DNA of 63,823 nucleotides, counting the filler, from Collodictyon triciliatum (lineage: Eukaryota), in assembly GCA_043381765.1 (NCBI GenBank). It is 4 parts of 4 records of this genome, joined end to end, with 100 filler letters (N's around TTAATTAATTAA, not from the genome) between each part and the next. Parts side by side here need not be neighbours in the genome. Positions count along the whole stretch, not along the records: positions 1 to 23,039 come from JBHJMP010000578.1; 3 more parts are not named here. The stretch is one strand, 5' to 3'. Shown piece after piece: positions 1 to 13,953 of this stretch; position 1 is the first letter of the stretch; each line of letters begins with the position of its first letter. The notes beneath the pieces are model-generated. The model had not been told where the DNA came from, did no database searches, and saw only the letters and a list, made by a program, of their open reading frames with translations. Position numbers and translations under genes: made by a program.

Positions 1-452
1 TGACTGTCCAGAGTATTCTAGAGTCGTGGGTCATTTGGTATTGTGGGCCAAACAGGATGTCAGATGCGCTGAGTCGGTTGGGAGCATAATCAAGCTCAGG
101 GAGCATCTTGTGGGTAGCCTCTGTCACTTTTTGAGCAAGAGAGCACTTCACAAATGTGTGTTCGATAGTCATCTCCACTATGGCACATGGTACATTCTGG
201 AGAGGTCGTTGCTGCATGGACTACACGCGCGCCTATCCACAGCACTCTGTTGGAGATATTGAGAAGTAGGGCGCGATGTTTCGGGAGTAGATGAGGTATG
301 CGGGCTTGCTTCCAGCTTTTGACTATCAGCGGGTCTATATAATGCCTATACTTTCGGCCCAACGACTCATCTTCTCTCCGGTTTGTAGGGATTCGGACTG
401 ATGATTTTATATCGGAAGAATTTGGAGTACGCCATGGCCATCGAGAATTGCG
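1..452 (-). mobile_element. Non-LTR retrotransposon (L1/Tx1-like) ORF2 3' fragment, degenerate
   Basis: Reverse complement aligns by eye with 49260-49710 (HRALLLNISNR.LWIGARVVHAATTSPECTMCH, zf-RVT-like Cys motif); frameshifted; runs off the window start. Confidence 0.8.
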
Positions 453-516
453 AACATCTTGTTTGTATCTGTGGCTTTTCGATCAAAAGAAACCAGGAAT
501 TCATACACACAAACCT

Positions 517-735
517 TTTTTTCTTCTTTCTTTTTTTTTCTTCTTTCTTTTTTTTTCTTCTTTCTTTTTTTTTCTTCTTTCTTTTTTTTTCTTCTTTCTT
601 TTTTTTCTTCTTTCTTTTTTTTCTTCTTTCTTTTTTTTTCTTCTTTCTTTTTTTTTCTTCTTTCTTTTTTTTCCTCTTTCTTTTTTTCTTCTTTCTTTTT
701 TTCTTCTTTCTTTTTCTTTTTCTTTTTCTTCTTCT
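517..735. repeat. Pyrimidine-rich low-complexity tandem repeat
   Basis: Repeated TTTTTTTCTTCTTTC units just upstream of the SUGP1 ATG. Confidence 0.95.
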
Positions 736-785
736 AATGCAACCTTGCAAGAATAGCCCCAAAAACCTCCACGCAATAAGCACAG

Positions 786-1486
786 ATGTCCCAAACCGAA
801 CCCGCAGCAAACAGCGCCACAAAGGACTCGGCCAGCGGCACCGTAAAGCTCAGCCTTTCCTCCACAGCCAAACCCCTCTCCTTTTCCTTCCAGAGCAAAA
901 AACCTGCAGGAAACGTCGCTGCACTCTTTTCCAACCAAGACGACGAAGATGACAAAGACCAAAGCCCCGCCAAGCACGCAAAGACATCCCTCTCTGCACT
1001 TTCAAAAAAGACTCCATTCTTGAATGCAAAGGCCCCAGAACCAAAGCAAATGCCCGCCGCAACAATATCTATTCAATCGCCAAAACCTCAAGACATCACT
1101 GCAGAAAAGAGGCTGGTTGAGTCACACAACCCGCCTTCGTTTGAGCAGAATCCGCCAGTGAAAAAGTCTCGCTGGGGTGAAACGCCCGCAGGTTTGGGTT
1201 TGTATATGTGTGTGCGATGTGTTTGACTCCTTTGCTTGTTGTCAAAAGTTTGCCAATAGGCTTACTCATGCCAATTCTGTTGCAGAGGCCGCGGGGCTCG
1301 CTGGTGCTCCGCTTGCTTTTTCTCCTGCTCCTCTTGATTCTGAGGCGCTCAAGGTCATCGAAAAGACGGCAGAGTATGTTGCCCGCGCTGGTCCGACATT
1401 GGAAAACACCATCATGGAGAAGCAGAAGGACAACCCTCAGTTTAGGTGCGATTTATATTCGTTGAGATTGATGCAATCACACATCC

Positions 1487-1580
<94 letters not shown>

Positions 1581-3764
1581 NTATTGTTATTGTTATTGTT
1601 ATGTTATTGTTATGTTATTGTTATTGTTATTGTTATTGTTATGTTATTGTTATGTTATTGTTATGTTATTGTTATGTTATTGTTATGTTATTGTTATGTT
1701 ATTGTTATTGTTATTGTTATTGTTATTGTTATTGTTATTGTTATTGTTATTGTTATTGTTATTGTTATTGTTATTGTTATTGTTATTGTTACTGTGTAGT
1801 ACATGTCTTCACGATGCATTCTGTTTTTACATAACTATTTTTTGATAGGTTTCTCTACGACCCGACTCTACCCGAAGCCATCCTGTATCGGCAACTTTTG
1901 CAGGCAAAGAGCGGCGCGCCATGGCAATCAGCAGCTACCCAATCTGCCACGTCCTCAGGATTTTCCACACAACAGCCTCGCGCTTCAAAGTTTTCATCTG
2001 TGCCGGTAACTTCATCAAATTACTTGTGTGGCAATATTTAATCACCAGTGTTTGCTCTCCATGCCGAGAATGATTGTACTTGTGTTTATACGCGGAGTGT
2101 TTGCGTCTGTGTGTTTGAAGAAAAAAGAAAGAAGAAAGAAGAAGGGATTTGCACATGCGAGTCTCCGAGAAACAAGGGGCTCAGGCTTTTTATTCAAATG
2201 TGAAAGAAAGGAACAAGGGTTTATAGAATTCTGAGCTTAGGCAGATCAATAATGAAGTATCTTGTGGCTTCTGCGACATTGTATTTTAGTAGAAAGAAAG
2301 AAATCAAATACAGGAAAATTGAGCCCAAACTAAAAAAAAAAAAGCCCTGGCCTAGAAGATATAAGTGAGGGAAACGCGCATACTCGAATTGATAAAGATA
2401 CGCAGCCTCCTGGTTATGTAGGACCTCCCCAAGTATCTGCGTTCTCCCAGTCGCCCACAGCAACACAATCTGCAGCCCCGCCCGGCGAATCGGCAGGCAC
2501 CAACGAAGACGATGGCGACGGTGCAGAATCGGAGGCAAGTGATGAAGAAGGCAAAATCAGTGAATACCAAAAGATTTTGGATGCTTACAAGAGGCAACGC
2601 GCACCGGCCCCAAAAGTAGATAATCCTGGTTAGTTTCCCAATCTGTGTTCTTTCATTTTTCTTTTTTTCTTATTGTTTTTGTGTGTGTGCGTGTGTGGTT
2701 GATTTTGTCCAACGAGAATATGTTCTGGTAAGATATAATGCCCCAAAGCGAAGTAGAAAGGAGAGGAAAAGAAAAGCATACAGTAGGACGAAACTCTCTT
2801 CATCACGTTATTTTTCTACGCAGAGGACGATGGTCGGAAACACCACATCGGAGATTTTATTCCAAAGGAAGAGCTCGAAAAGTTCCTCAGCAAAGCTTCG
2901 CAAGTGACCGGACGTGCTATTCCAGGCATTCCGCCAGTTTCCGTAATATCCCACTTATTTTCAGCGACTGTCATTACTTTGCCGTGGCGGTCACAATATC
3001 TCGCTATAATTCGTATTATTGTTGTTATTGTTATTTTGCGCTCAAGCTCGTTCCTTTTTCATTTCTCCTATCTCAATATCAGCCTGCACCAGCTGCAAGC
3101 GTCCTGGACGAAAGCAACGTCGGCCACAAGCTGATGGCGAAGATGGGCTGGCAACAAGGTTCTGTGCTCTAGAGACTGTGTCTATCATTTCTGCTGTTGC
3201 TTTTTTCCTTGTCTTCTTTCCCTTCTTTTTCCTTTTCCTTTACCTATTCTTTTTCTCTTTTTCTCTTTTTCTTTTCGATGGTTGATGAACGAGCTTCTCA
3301 TAAACCTTACCTCTGTGTATCTCGGACTGGAAACACAGGCCAGAAGCTGGGGCTGAACGAGAATGGACTGGAGAAGCCGATTGAGGCCACAAAGAGAGAG
3401 ACTGCCCTTGGCGTCGGCGCGTATGCTGTCGGAGACGTCACGCCCGAGGACGACGAGTTTGAGCTCTACCGCAAGCGCATGATGCTCTCCTACCGCTATC
3501 GGCCGAATCCTCTGGTTTGCATTGAGCTAGATGTTTCATCTTTTTCATGATTTATTATAATTATTTTATTTTATTTTTGCTTTGCTTTGCTGGAATGTTT
3601 GTGTTAGTTTAGATTATTCTTTGTATTGAAAATAAAAAAAAGTTTTGTTTTTTTCTATGAGTCGTGTATGTATTCATGCGTAATTACTTACGTATTTTAA
3701 TTGGGTTTTGATATGGTGCCTCCTTCTTGTACGACAGGGAAACCCACGGAAGCCGTATTACTGA
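786..3764 (+). CDS. SUGP1: SURP and G-patch domain-containing protein 1 (splicing factor), 8 exons
   Basis: GT-AG exons join in phase. SURP domain VIEKTAEYVARAGPTLE...FRFLYD; HHIGDFIPKEELEKFL motif; G-patch SNVGHKLMAKMGWQQG..LG..ENG; C-terminus YRKRMMLSYRYRPNPL|GNPRKPYY* (last exon 3738-3764). Confidence 0.93.
1488..1790. repeat. Intronic compound microsatellite (ATT)n then (GTTATT/GTTAT)n
   Basis: Read directly; inside SUGP1 intron 2. Confidence 0.97.
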
Positions 3765-4227
3765 ATGGATAGATTTGATTGATTGATGTGCTGCTTCCAC
3801 CTCCCGCATCACGCTCTATGGGCTCCTCCAATCGCGATGATGCTTCATAAGCAAATGATAAAATATGCCAAAAGGAATCAACCAACCAACCAAAAAAAAA
3901 AAAGAGAGAGAGAAGAAGGAAGAGGAGGATAGAAAGAACCACGAATATATTTTATACCAAACAGACATGTTGTGATAAAGTCAAGATAAGTTCACTGCAC
4001 GAAAGACAAATAAAAGGTACAGGCGGTTTTAAGGGCTTTGTGAGTAGTAGATGCGACTTTGAATTTGAGTTTGGTTAGGACCGTGGTTGTGCGGGATGGT
4101 TAAGTCCTTTGGTAAAGCGCGTTTGTGCTTGAGAGGCAAGAAGAAAAAGGAAATAATGCGAAAGGACATATATGGCAGGGTTCAATCATGACAGCCTCCT
4201 GGGGAAAAAAGAATGTGGCATTGAACG

Positions 4228-6724
4228 TCAGCGGCCAACGTCAAGAAGGTCTTCCAGGAGAATCTCGTCGTCTGATGGGAAAACTTGCCTATAACGCGGA
4301 TATTAGTGAGAAAGGACATTTAAAAAAAAAAAGAACGAATTTGGCTGGTTATTTAGTTATTTAATTGTTAGTATGGTTTTTATTGCACTGAAATGCGACG
4401 CCAGATATTGAGCTCATTACTTTCCTGGGCCCATGAACTTTGGTTTGTGCATGTTGGACTCGCTCATTCGAGAAGCGTCGATTTTGCCCTGTGTCCAAAT
4501 GAAGAATAAGTTGCTTTTATGTGTCTTTATTATAATTCTATATTTACGTATAAACAAGCTGTTCTTCAAAAATAGAGAAATGATACATGAACAGGATTTG
4601 CAAATACCCCGCTGGACCCATAAGACTGGTGGATAGGACTGGACACACTCGGCTCTATATAGATAAAGAGATAAGATTTCAATCGGCTTGGTCACTTTAA
4701 CCATCTAGTTTCTAATATTCATGAATGAGATTGTTCATGACCTATTATGAATGAGAATAATTCAAAGTGAAACTTTCAAATGAAATTGGTTGAAATAGAG
4801 TCGTCCAAAGCCTGGGAAAAGACACCAGAATTTGTATTAACTCACTTGTTTCAAAGTCGTGGTCGCGTGTGTGATTCTTTTTTATGCAAATATGTGAGCG
4901 TGAGATTCATATTATTTTAAAAAAAATAATCTGTGAGTCGTGAATGAGTCTATCATTATGTTATCGCGGCAATGATACATAGCAGAAGGACGATAAGTCC
5001 AAAAAGAAAAATGTGTTAAATGGTCAAACAACAAATACAAAAAAAAAAAAAGCAACAAACCGTTTTTCGTGAATTTACTTGTCGAAACTTTTCGTTATCG
5101 AATCCATCGCGTCCAGTATTTCGGCGCTGTGATTTAAAAAAAGTATAATCATTCAGATTGAATAGGAATATGAAAACAAAAGTGCAACAAAAATACGATA
5201 AAAGGGGTTCATGATTAAATGAACATACATCCGCAGAAAATGATGATTTGCTGTTGGTATTTGCAAAACTATTACTCCTGAGTAAGTATTGTAATTCGAT
5301 TTATTGAAAAGCGGCTGCCATGTAGAAAGATCTAATGATAATAAATTTACTGAACATGAAAAGCTTACTCAGAATTTCTCGGTGTATTTCCAGGAGTTAA
5401 ATCGATCAGTATCGCATCTTCTTCAGCAGATGTTTTACTCTCTTTTCTTGACTTAACTTCCATTGCCCTCTGGCTCTGCTTTTAAGATTTTGGCAGAATT
5501 AGTGACGCTCTTTGTTTTTGGTTGAAGAATGAGGATCGAATGGTTCTGTGATGAACAGATGTTTTCATCAATATATTACAGTTCTACTCTCCAAGCTTTT
5601 TACCAGCAGGTAAAAATGTACTTACATAATCTTGTTCGATATATCCTGGAGCTGAATACTCTGTTGTTGCTGATATCTTTTGTGTTTTGGGGCCAGAAGG
5701 CTTGGTATTCTTTCGAGGTGATAATCCAGTTGGAGAATATCCGGCAGTTGTGTAGTACCTAGGTTGCTGGTTGATAGGAGGAAAAGATGGCACACTCGAT
5801 TGTGCACGGTTCTCTGTATCTAATTACAAAAAAGAAAAATTTCTTTCAGTCTGCTTATTCACATCTAAATGTAACAAAAATCAAAATAAAGACGAATTTG
5901 AATGAACACTTGAGAAATAATAAATAAAAAAAAGAAAAAAAGAAGAGACTCTGCTTGTATAAGTAGTAAATCATTCATCAATACACCCATTAAGCAAACT
6001 ACAGTTCCATATGATATCACAACGTCCTATATAAACAATCATAATTTGGTGAGCCTTCTTCTGCGTTATTTGAATACTGGATGTATACTTTGTGAGTGAA
6101 GCGACCCAGTAGCCAAAGGTGGAATCGGTGGTGGGCTGCGCAATTGAGACATTTTTGGAGTGGATGGCTTTGAAGTTCCAGACTTTGGGGTGGATGGCTT
6201 CGAGGTCGAGTGTTTTGAAGAGGGTCTTTTTGGAGTGGGCGGCAAATTGGCGTGGGGATCCTCAGAAAGACCGGATATTTCTTTTTTATGAGTAGGAGAC
6301 TCAGACATTCGTGTTGCTTGGATAGTTTGCTCGGGTATAGCTTCCTAATCAAATAGTTTTTTTTTTGATAGTGAATATATTACTGTGACAAAAACAGTAG
6401 CTGCAAGCGTGAAAACGACAATATTGGTAAAAGATTTATAAATCCTCGTGTTGTGTGTTTATGGTATTTATTTTGATAAAGGAAATTAGTGCGGTCACAG
6501 GCAAAACTGTGGGCAAAGAAAGAAGGTAAAATTGCGTTGAACAAGATGATGAAGTCAAATGAGGAAGTTTCGATGACAGTGCATCTATGGGAAAATAATT
6601 TCATGGCTCTTACTTTGACTTCCGTTGTAGGCGCAGAGTTTGTTTGAACGACAACTGTCGTATGGCCTGGGCGAGTCGCACGGGCGTGTTTCTGCGACGA
6701 CTGGTGAGAAAGGATCCCGCCCAT
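4228..6724 (-). CDS. Hypothetical N-myristoylated, Ser/Pro-rich disordered protein, about 10 exons
   Basis: Starts MGGILS (MGxxxS motif), donor AAA|GTAAGA near 6613. Successive GT-AG exons join in phase (EAIPEQ..., NTENRAQ..., SQRAMEV..., GKIDASR...) and end KQVFPSDDEILLEDLLDVGR* at 4228. Confidence 0.7.
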
Positions 6725-7274
6725 GGTTCGCCACTGCAGATTTGCTGTTAGTTACTCTCTTTTGTTTGGTTCTAGAGAGATCCTTGTTCAGATCATAAGA
6801 TCGTGTATTTTTTTTTCCTTTATTAATAAGATCATGTATTTTAGAATCGCCTTCGAAAGGACCGCAGTGCTTCACTTGCCACCCGCTCGGCTTCTGGCGC
6901 ACCCTTCCTTCACGAAAGGCCAGATTCATCTCTACGATCATCCGGGTATTTTGTTTGTGCTGCGGAATAGTCGTTGGTTCAATGAGGTTTTCTTTTTTTG
7001 GTAAACATTAATAATTTTTCGTACCTTCTCGAATTATTCACGAGCGGCGTACAAAAATATACCATGTTATGGTAATTGATGATATGTTTGGTTATATGAC
7101 TTCTGTGCGTTTATGGAGAATTTTTCGAGTCGTTCGCATTCTGGTTTCTTATTGTGGATTAAAGGGTGTAAGTGTCCGTGGAGAAAATTCATCTGCATCT
7201 TACCCAGTTTCCAATACGAAATGATTTGGGTGAGGCAACCCTGTGATTACCGTAGTGTTGGGTAGGCGCGGGGA

Positions 7275-9085
7275 TTATGGCGAGCTTTTCAGTTTCTTCT
7301 TAACTTTAGAGATTGAATAATCTAGTGATTTTGATAGACCCGCAGAGAAAACTCCCAATGCAGTCTGCTCGGTACTACTTCTTCGGACAATATCTCGAAG
7401 GGAACCGCAAAGCACCGCGCCGGGTTGTCCTCCGACTCTCTGGAATAGAGCTGGGTCTGGAGGCAGCGAATGTTGGATATTTTCTTTTCAGTTTACAAAT
7501 ATGTAAACAAATATAGTAGATGTGTAAATTTTTACATTTTCATATGTTTTCTTGTGCTTTGGGTGTGATACATACGGTTGGCAGGTGGGAATGAGTTTGT
7601 TATGGAACGACGAGCAATTTTTTCCAGTAATGAGCTTGGTAAGCGATGAAAAACGGTCGCCATATACTTTGGGTCCTTGTTGATCTAATGAGCCATCAAA
7701 TTGATCTGATTTTAATCAACTCATTTCGGATGCAAGACAACAATTGTAACTAATTACAGAAATGATGAATCTGAAATATCAAATCAACTGAATCTTGGTA
7801 TCAATATAAAAAAAAACTGGCTCTCCATTTTCCTTCTTTTTTTCTTTAATAAGAACCTCTATCAATCCCCTAGACGGCTCCAATATTTGATTGCTTCTGG
7901 ATAAAATTATAGGCTTGTAGAGCGCACGAAATTCAGAAAGGCTACCTTTTGCAATATTTTCGATTTTCTTTGGATTTTCAGCAAATAGCATACGGATGTC
8001 TCCTATTTTCAATATTAAATCAGCTTACTTTAACGATGGATGGTCCATTGGTTACGATTAAACAGAGAACAAAAATTATTGGAAGGCTGTTCAAATTGAA
8101 TCGAAAATGATAAGAGCTTTCATATGACCTAAGGCATTCGGGTAATCGCTATATTTTTTTAATTCTTTACCATGATATGAAATCCCAGTAATAAATTGGA
8201 ACAAGGCTAATTCGTTGGTCTTTTCAGGAAGACATAAACTAGCTACATCAATAGCAGCATTCAAATTATCGATAAAGGCACCTTCTACAGAAGGAAATCC
8301 TTGCACAAACATAACAGGCTTCTGCAGACGACCAGCCAAATACAGCTTATTCCAATGGAGCAAATCAGTTGTCGCCGACGATATGGAAGCTACTCCATAT
8401 TTTATTACCTGCTGAAGTAATTTTGATTGATACTAATTGGCTTTACAAGCAAATAAGCTTTTGCAGAGAGAGATTGGTTGAGATGTGCTTTCCATGCCAC
8501 TTTGCTGAAGAAGAGATGAAGTAAATAAATACCTGGCTGTCTCCTATCCTCACATATGGATTGAAATACACTTCAGCCGAAAAAGTGGTTTGTAGCTCTG
8601 TGATTCTGGACGACCCTAGCTTTCCAAGGAAAGAATAATGATCCGGATTTTTGATAAGGTTTTGCTGGTGCCAAACTTGTGTATTGTCAACAAGGAAGAT
8701 AAAGTCCACCATGTCGCCCTACACTTTGAGCTGGTTAGTTGGTTTTCTTGCATGTTAATTTGCTTTCCCTCTCGTGGTTATAAAGATACAAAAGCTAGAC
8801 TTATTATTTCACACCGTTTTAACTAAGTTTAAGTCAAAAAATAAAAATAAAATGCAACAAGTGATGTAGAATAGAGACACCAACAAACAACCAGGAAGAT
8901 AATACCAAATCATCAGAAATTAGTGTACTTCACAAGCGTCAACAAGAAGAAACAAATACAGATGAACCAAGACAGACCATTTTCTCTGCCTCTTGCGCGA
9001 ATACACCAGAGCCATATGCAAAGGCTGTCCTGACCGCAGGAAACCTTGAGCTCATCGTCCTCCAAAGTTGCTGCACGAGATTCAT
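7275..9085 (-). CDS. TAM41: Mitochondrial phosphatidate cytidylyltransferase TAM41
   Basis: AFAYGSGVF, MVDFIFLVD..WH..NL..NP.HYS, VYFNPYV, W..LYLAGRLQKPV, ISY.GDIRM.FAENPKKIENI, and last exon IVRRSSTEQTALGVFSAGLSKSLDYS..KV. Confidence 0.95.
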
Positions 9086-9441
9086 CCTAACTGCGCAGAT
9101 ATGGTTACAGCTACAACAGCTCCGAAGGCAAAATTATATCCTGTGCTGCGAATAATACTGCTTGCTATCCCCCAGAAAGTGCCAACTTGTTCTAGAAGCG
9201 GGCCAATACAACTTAATAATAATAATAATAATAAATCATTAGTAATTAATGGCCCATGGAAACGACGGAGTAAAAATAACGATAGGATGTAAACGTATGC
9301 GGGTTATTAACAACTCTGCCAGTCAGAACGGGGGTGGCTCAATTATCCAATAATAAAAAAAAACACACACACACAAGCAGGCAAGGAGGGTTTCAACTTT
9401 GTTTATTCGAGGAGAGGGGCGATCAAGAAGGGTCAAAATCA

Positions 9442-10369
9442 TCATGAAGAGGCAGAGGATCCACTGGTTGACTCTGCTTCCGAGGCTGACGCTTGCGGAC
9501 TGCGATACTTGAGGCCTTTATAGAGGCTGAGTCCTTCGAAGTTGCGAGTTGGGAGATAGTAAGGATCGATGATCTCCTTCACTAGGTGGTGTTTCCTTTT
9601 GCTGAGAGGTCGTGTGTGCTCCAAAAGAACCTATGGCGAGATGAGAAGCAGCAGCAGCGCCAGTGATGTAAGGAGTAATTAGATAAATAAAAAAAATACA
9701 TGAAAACTGAAGAAATAATAATGTGTAAAAGATATATGAAGCGACAGAACGCAATTTGGTTGACATTAAAAAAAAGAGTCTCTTCAAGATACGAGTGAAT
9801 TATTATATGTCGTTGGATTCATGGTAATGTTTCTGCTTGTTTATAAATATTTTTATTTGGTAATTGTATATTGTATTCATTATCTTCGTTCCTGTGTTCT
9901 CGCCAACCAAATATGTTACCAATGGTCGCAAGTGCAGTTGAATAAAAAAAAAATGTAGTGATATGGAATATTTGCTATAGACTTTTTTTCTTCAATACCT
10001 TGTCACCGACAACGCATTGATCTTCTTCGTCGTGAGCGACGAGACGAGTGTACTTTGTTACATATTTTGTGTATAGGGGGTGAGAAACCCGGCGAGGAAC
10101 TTCCACAACAACCTATTAACGGATCGATGAGGCCATTAAAAAAGAAAATGAGAGCCCACATGTTTGTAGCTTGAGTTGACAGTAACCATTGATTTTTGGT
10201 TTTATTTGAGTAGCTAGACACCATTATATTATAGGGAAGAGAATGCATACGAGCAAAAACACATGTAGAGAAAGGATGGAAAAAGGTTGTGGGGCTACGA
10301 AAAGCACGCTCGACTCACCGATTTTTGCATCTTTGCTGAGACAACACGACCAACAGCTGTGAGAACCAT
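9442..10369 (-). CDS. MRPS17: Mitochondrial ribosomal protein uS17 (rpsQ-like), 3 exons
   Basis: MVLTAVGRVVSAKMQKS|VVVEVPRRVSHPLYTKYVTKYTRLVAHDEEDQCVVGDK|VLLEHTRPLSKRKH..VKEI, the bacterial-type S17 signature. Confidence 0.92.
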
Positions 10370-10920
10370 TCTATTATGGCTTCCTTTTCTAAAAGTACAG
10401 CACGCGTGAGGAAACGAGGTCATTTCAGCCAACCCCCGACCCAAGGCAAAGGCTGTTGTGTCGAAACATCTCGTGTCTTCGTCACGCAATGGTTTTGCTG
10501 CTGGTTTGCGGGATTGTGATCCAGTTTTTGGTTTCTGTGCTTCAGCAGAAGAAATTTTCAATGAGTATGTCTGTATTTGCTTTACTAATCTGGGATATAT
10601 AATCATTTTTGTATTGTGCTTTTAATTGTTTGACAATTACATCATATAATGACACATGTCTGTGGAGATAGTATATTTGAATAGGAATTATAATGGAAAT
10701 CACACAAACTATCAACGCTGAATTACTTCTATTCCATGCGCATCACAGTGATTGTTTCTGGCAGCCCACATATCGATCACATCAACCACAGCCGATTTGA
10801 TCAGCAAGAAACCCACACAATAACCAAACCCGCAACACTTTGCCGAGAGCGCAGCCAAAGGAACGCAGGAAGAGCCAAACAGGACGCCACACAAGAGCAA
10901 AACAGAGTAAGCATCCCAGA

Positions 10921-13098
10921 ATGTCTCCAAAACCGATGACCGAGAAAATGAGGAAGCGAAAAGCTCAACAACTGTTTGACTCTGAGTCTGTTGAGGCCGA
11001 ATCTGCAAGAACGCCCACAAAAGTCCAAGTTACGCCAAAGCAGATGAAAAAAGCGGCCTTGGTGGAAAGTGAATCTGTAGAGGAAGACGAGGTAGAAGTT
11101 CTTGAAGGTGTACAAGATCCTGACTTGAGTGTTGAAGTGATCGAAGAGGATGTGGATAATGAAGAAGACGGAGAAGAGGATGTTGAAGATGAAGAAGACG
11201 GAGAAGAAGACGGAGAAGAAGACGGAGAAGAAGACGGAGAAGAAGACGGAGAAGAAGACGGAGAAGAAGACGGAGAAGAAGACGAAGAGGATGGCGACGG
11301 AGAAGAAGACGGAGAAGAAGACGAAGAGGATGGCGACGGAGAATTGGACTCAGACTTAGAGGATGACGAAGATGAAGAGAGCGAGGCTGATGTGGAAAAA
11401 GAGACCCAAGAAGAGAAAGGTACAAATGTATTATATAGGTGAATGCAGCCATAAGAATGACAAAGAGATAACAGAAACAGGAAAGATTTGCTGAAATGCT
11501 TTCTTTTTCTAATGCATAAGATAAATCTGCGCGGCCTGGTGCTTTGGGGTTCTCTGGAGTTTTGGACAAGCTTCTCAAGCAAGAGGTCAAAGAAAAGGTA
11601 ACAAAATTATGACAGAAAATGAAAAAAAGCGGTTGTTTATCACCTGGTGTTTTCTGTTTTAAAGTGCTTAATCGCCGCATCTTGTTTAAATAAGTCTTGC
11701 AAATTTTTTATCTTGACCTTATGCAGTCGAGTGTTTAAGGCACTTGATTATTAAGTGAATACCTTCTATGAGGAGTGCCTCAGAAAAAGAAAGTAGAAGG
11801 GACAACCCCAGGGATTAAAGCTAATTTATTAAAATTTTATATCATTCTCTTGAAAATCTAGGCAAATCCAATCCTGTCCAAGAGGCCATCCATTTCAACA
11901 GATATCGAGAAGGAAAAGGAGTCTAATCTGACAAACGAAGCTATAAAAGAAACCAAGAAAGAGAGGTTCATTCATTTACTTTGTTCATTTCCCACATGAT
12001 TGAGTACCATGATAGTTGGATTTGAAAGAAAATGATTTGTAATTTGCCTCCACAACAACACAACACAGCACACCATACCAAAAAATCATCAAGACATAGC
12101 ACAACAAAGTAAAACAATCAATATTGATGCAATAATTGTATTAATACCAACAATCGACCCAAAATAAAAGGATGCATAAGGGCCATGTTGTAATTGAGTT
12201 CCTTGGCGGTGAAGCCGAAAAACGATTACTAAGGATTGCCACTAAAGGAGGTTCGTTTCTTGTGTTTGTGACATGACACAAAACGCCATCTGAAAAAGGC
12301 TCCGTAATCTACCCAAGAATCATCCACTCCAATGGATATTTCCCTTTTCTTTCCCTTCATATATCTTTTCATCAACAATCTAAAAAAAATATTATCTCTA
12401 CACTGTACAGTTGTGAAGCTCTTCAACGCTGTCAACAAACACCAAAAATCGTTTGGGAAGGGCTCTGAGGCCGCCACATTGACAAAGAAACGTAAAAAGA
12501 AAGAAAAAAAGAAAGAAAAAAAGAAAGAAAAAAAGAAAGAAAAAAAGAAAGAAAAAAAGAAAGAAAAAAAGAAAGAAAAAAAGAAAGAAAAAAAGAAAGG
12601 AAAAAACAAAAAACAAGAACAGGAATATCAAATACAGAACATCAAAAGATAACATTTTAAAAGCACAATATGTAGTAGTGCTTAAGTATAGAATGAATCA
12701 ATAGCAGAAGATATTATGTCATGATAAGCTTCACAACATGCATATGGCCACTATGCGGGTATTAATGGATGGTTTCTCGTCTAGCGGGAGAACTATCAAA
12801 GGACAATTTCCTAAAATTACTAAAGGAAACACCAACGACCATCAACAGGCCATCGCACGACACACAGTCGCTCTCTCAGGTATTTGCGTTAAAGATAAAC
12901 AAGGTTGCACTCATTTCTATCAAATTCACGACCTGAACAACACAGCAAGGAAGCAGTCAAGCTGTATCAAAATGGGAGGTACTTCGTGACGATTATGCCA
13001 CTCGCCCAGGCACTAAACTGTCAGACAAAGCCACAAAGTCGGGTTCCATAAAAAAGGCTGCCCCAAGCGAAGAAGATGTCTCATTCGCCTTTCCGTAG
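10921..13098 (+). CDS. RRP15: Ribosomal RNA-processing protein 15
   Basis: Acidic N-terminal region; PILSK; EKRLLRIATKG|VVKLFNAVNKHQ; LSKDNFLKLL; KWEVLRDDY; stop TAG 13096-13098. Start codon is the first in-frame ATG. Confidence 0.88.
11161..11345 (+). repeat. Coding 12-bp tandem repeat (GAAGAAGACGGA)n encoding (EEDG)n
   Basis: Read directly in RRP15 exon 1. Confidence 0.95.
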
Positions 13099-13298
13099 AA
13101 AACATTTCTTTGGAAATAATAAAATATTGCGATACCACATCCTTTTGAATTATAAACCAGCCAGGGATATTTCCGTCCTCCTTTTCTTTAAAGTGATTTA
13201 ATCTGGGTCTTTGGCCGGGGTCAGACTCTTTTGCTTTTTTCTTCTTCTCTTTGATGCCGGGTTGGTTTCAATTATCTGGACTGGGGATATCCTCTTGC

Positions 13299-13953
13299 TT
13301 AATCATCCTCGGGAACCCCGCGAATATACAGGACGTTGTTACATCTAATATTTCATTTCGTTAATCCCGATGCTTGAAGACATGTTATATTTTTCATGGT
13401 TCAAATAAGGAATTCTAACAGGAAGAATCTACAGGATACAAAAGAAAGTAAAGAAATGAAGAAAAGAAACCTGATCAAGGTTTCTCCGAGATTTCCGGCG
13501 AACGTGCCGTCGATGAACTCCTCAGTGTTGCCCAACTACAGGAAGTGTTTCGTGTATATATCATGAATCCGTGAATATACATAAAGATGAGGTAGACTAC
13601 TCAAAGTCGAGGCGCTGTTTTGTTACCTGCAGATTCATGTATGCATCACAGGACAGCAAATATCCCTTGTACTCCATCCCCCACTTGAGCTTTACAATGA
13701 CTGGCTTGCTGACAAGCGAGTTGAGGTAGGGCCTTGGGTTGGGTGGTTGGGACTAATGTTACGGGCAGAGAGCAAGGGAAAGAAAAAATAAAGCACTTCT
13801 GAGTATTAATTCAAAATATTATTTGTCTCAAAGTTAGGTCAGTTGCGGTTGTATTTTTTTTTCTTTTCTAAAATACAGTATTGTCGAACGATCGGAATAT
13901 GTGACCAGTGCATGTGAGCGAATGGGAGGCATTATCAAGTAGAGGCTTACCAT
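13299..13953 (-). CDS. SNRPF: Small nuclear ribonucleoprotein F (SmF), 4 exons
   Basis: [87 protein letters not shown]. Confidence 0.97.

Noticed and set aside
367-977. Poly-K/poly-F ORFs here and similar ORFs at 1446-1834, 29287-29634, 33137-33758, 37878-38990, 45381-46164, 60848-61225 and 63286-63798
   Set aside because: Translations of stop-free microsatellites or N gaps in introns and intergenic DNA.
6631-7450. Apparent plus-strand small gene with a CxxCH motif
   Set aside because: 6613-6724 is exon 1 of the minus-strand myristoylated gene and 7275-7490 is the last TAM41 exon; no independent support.
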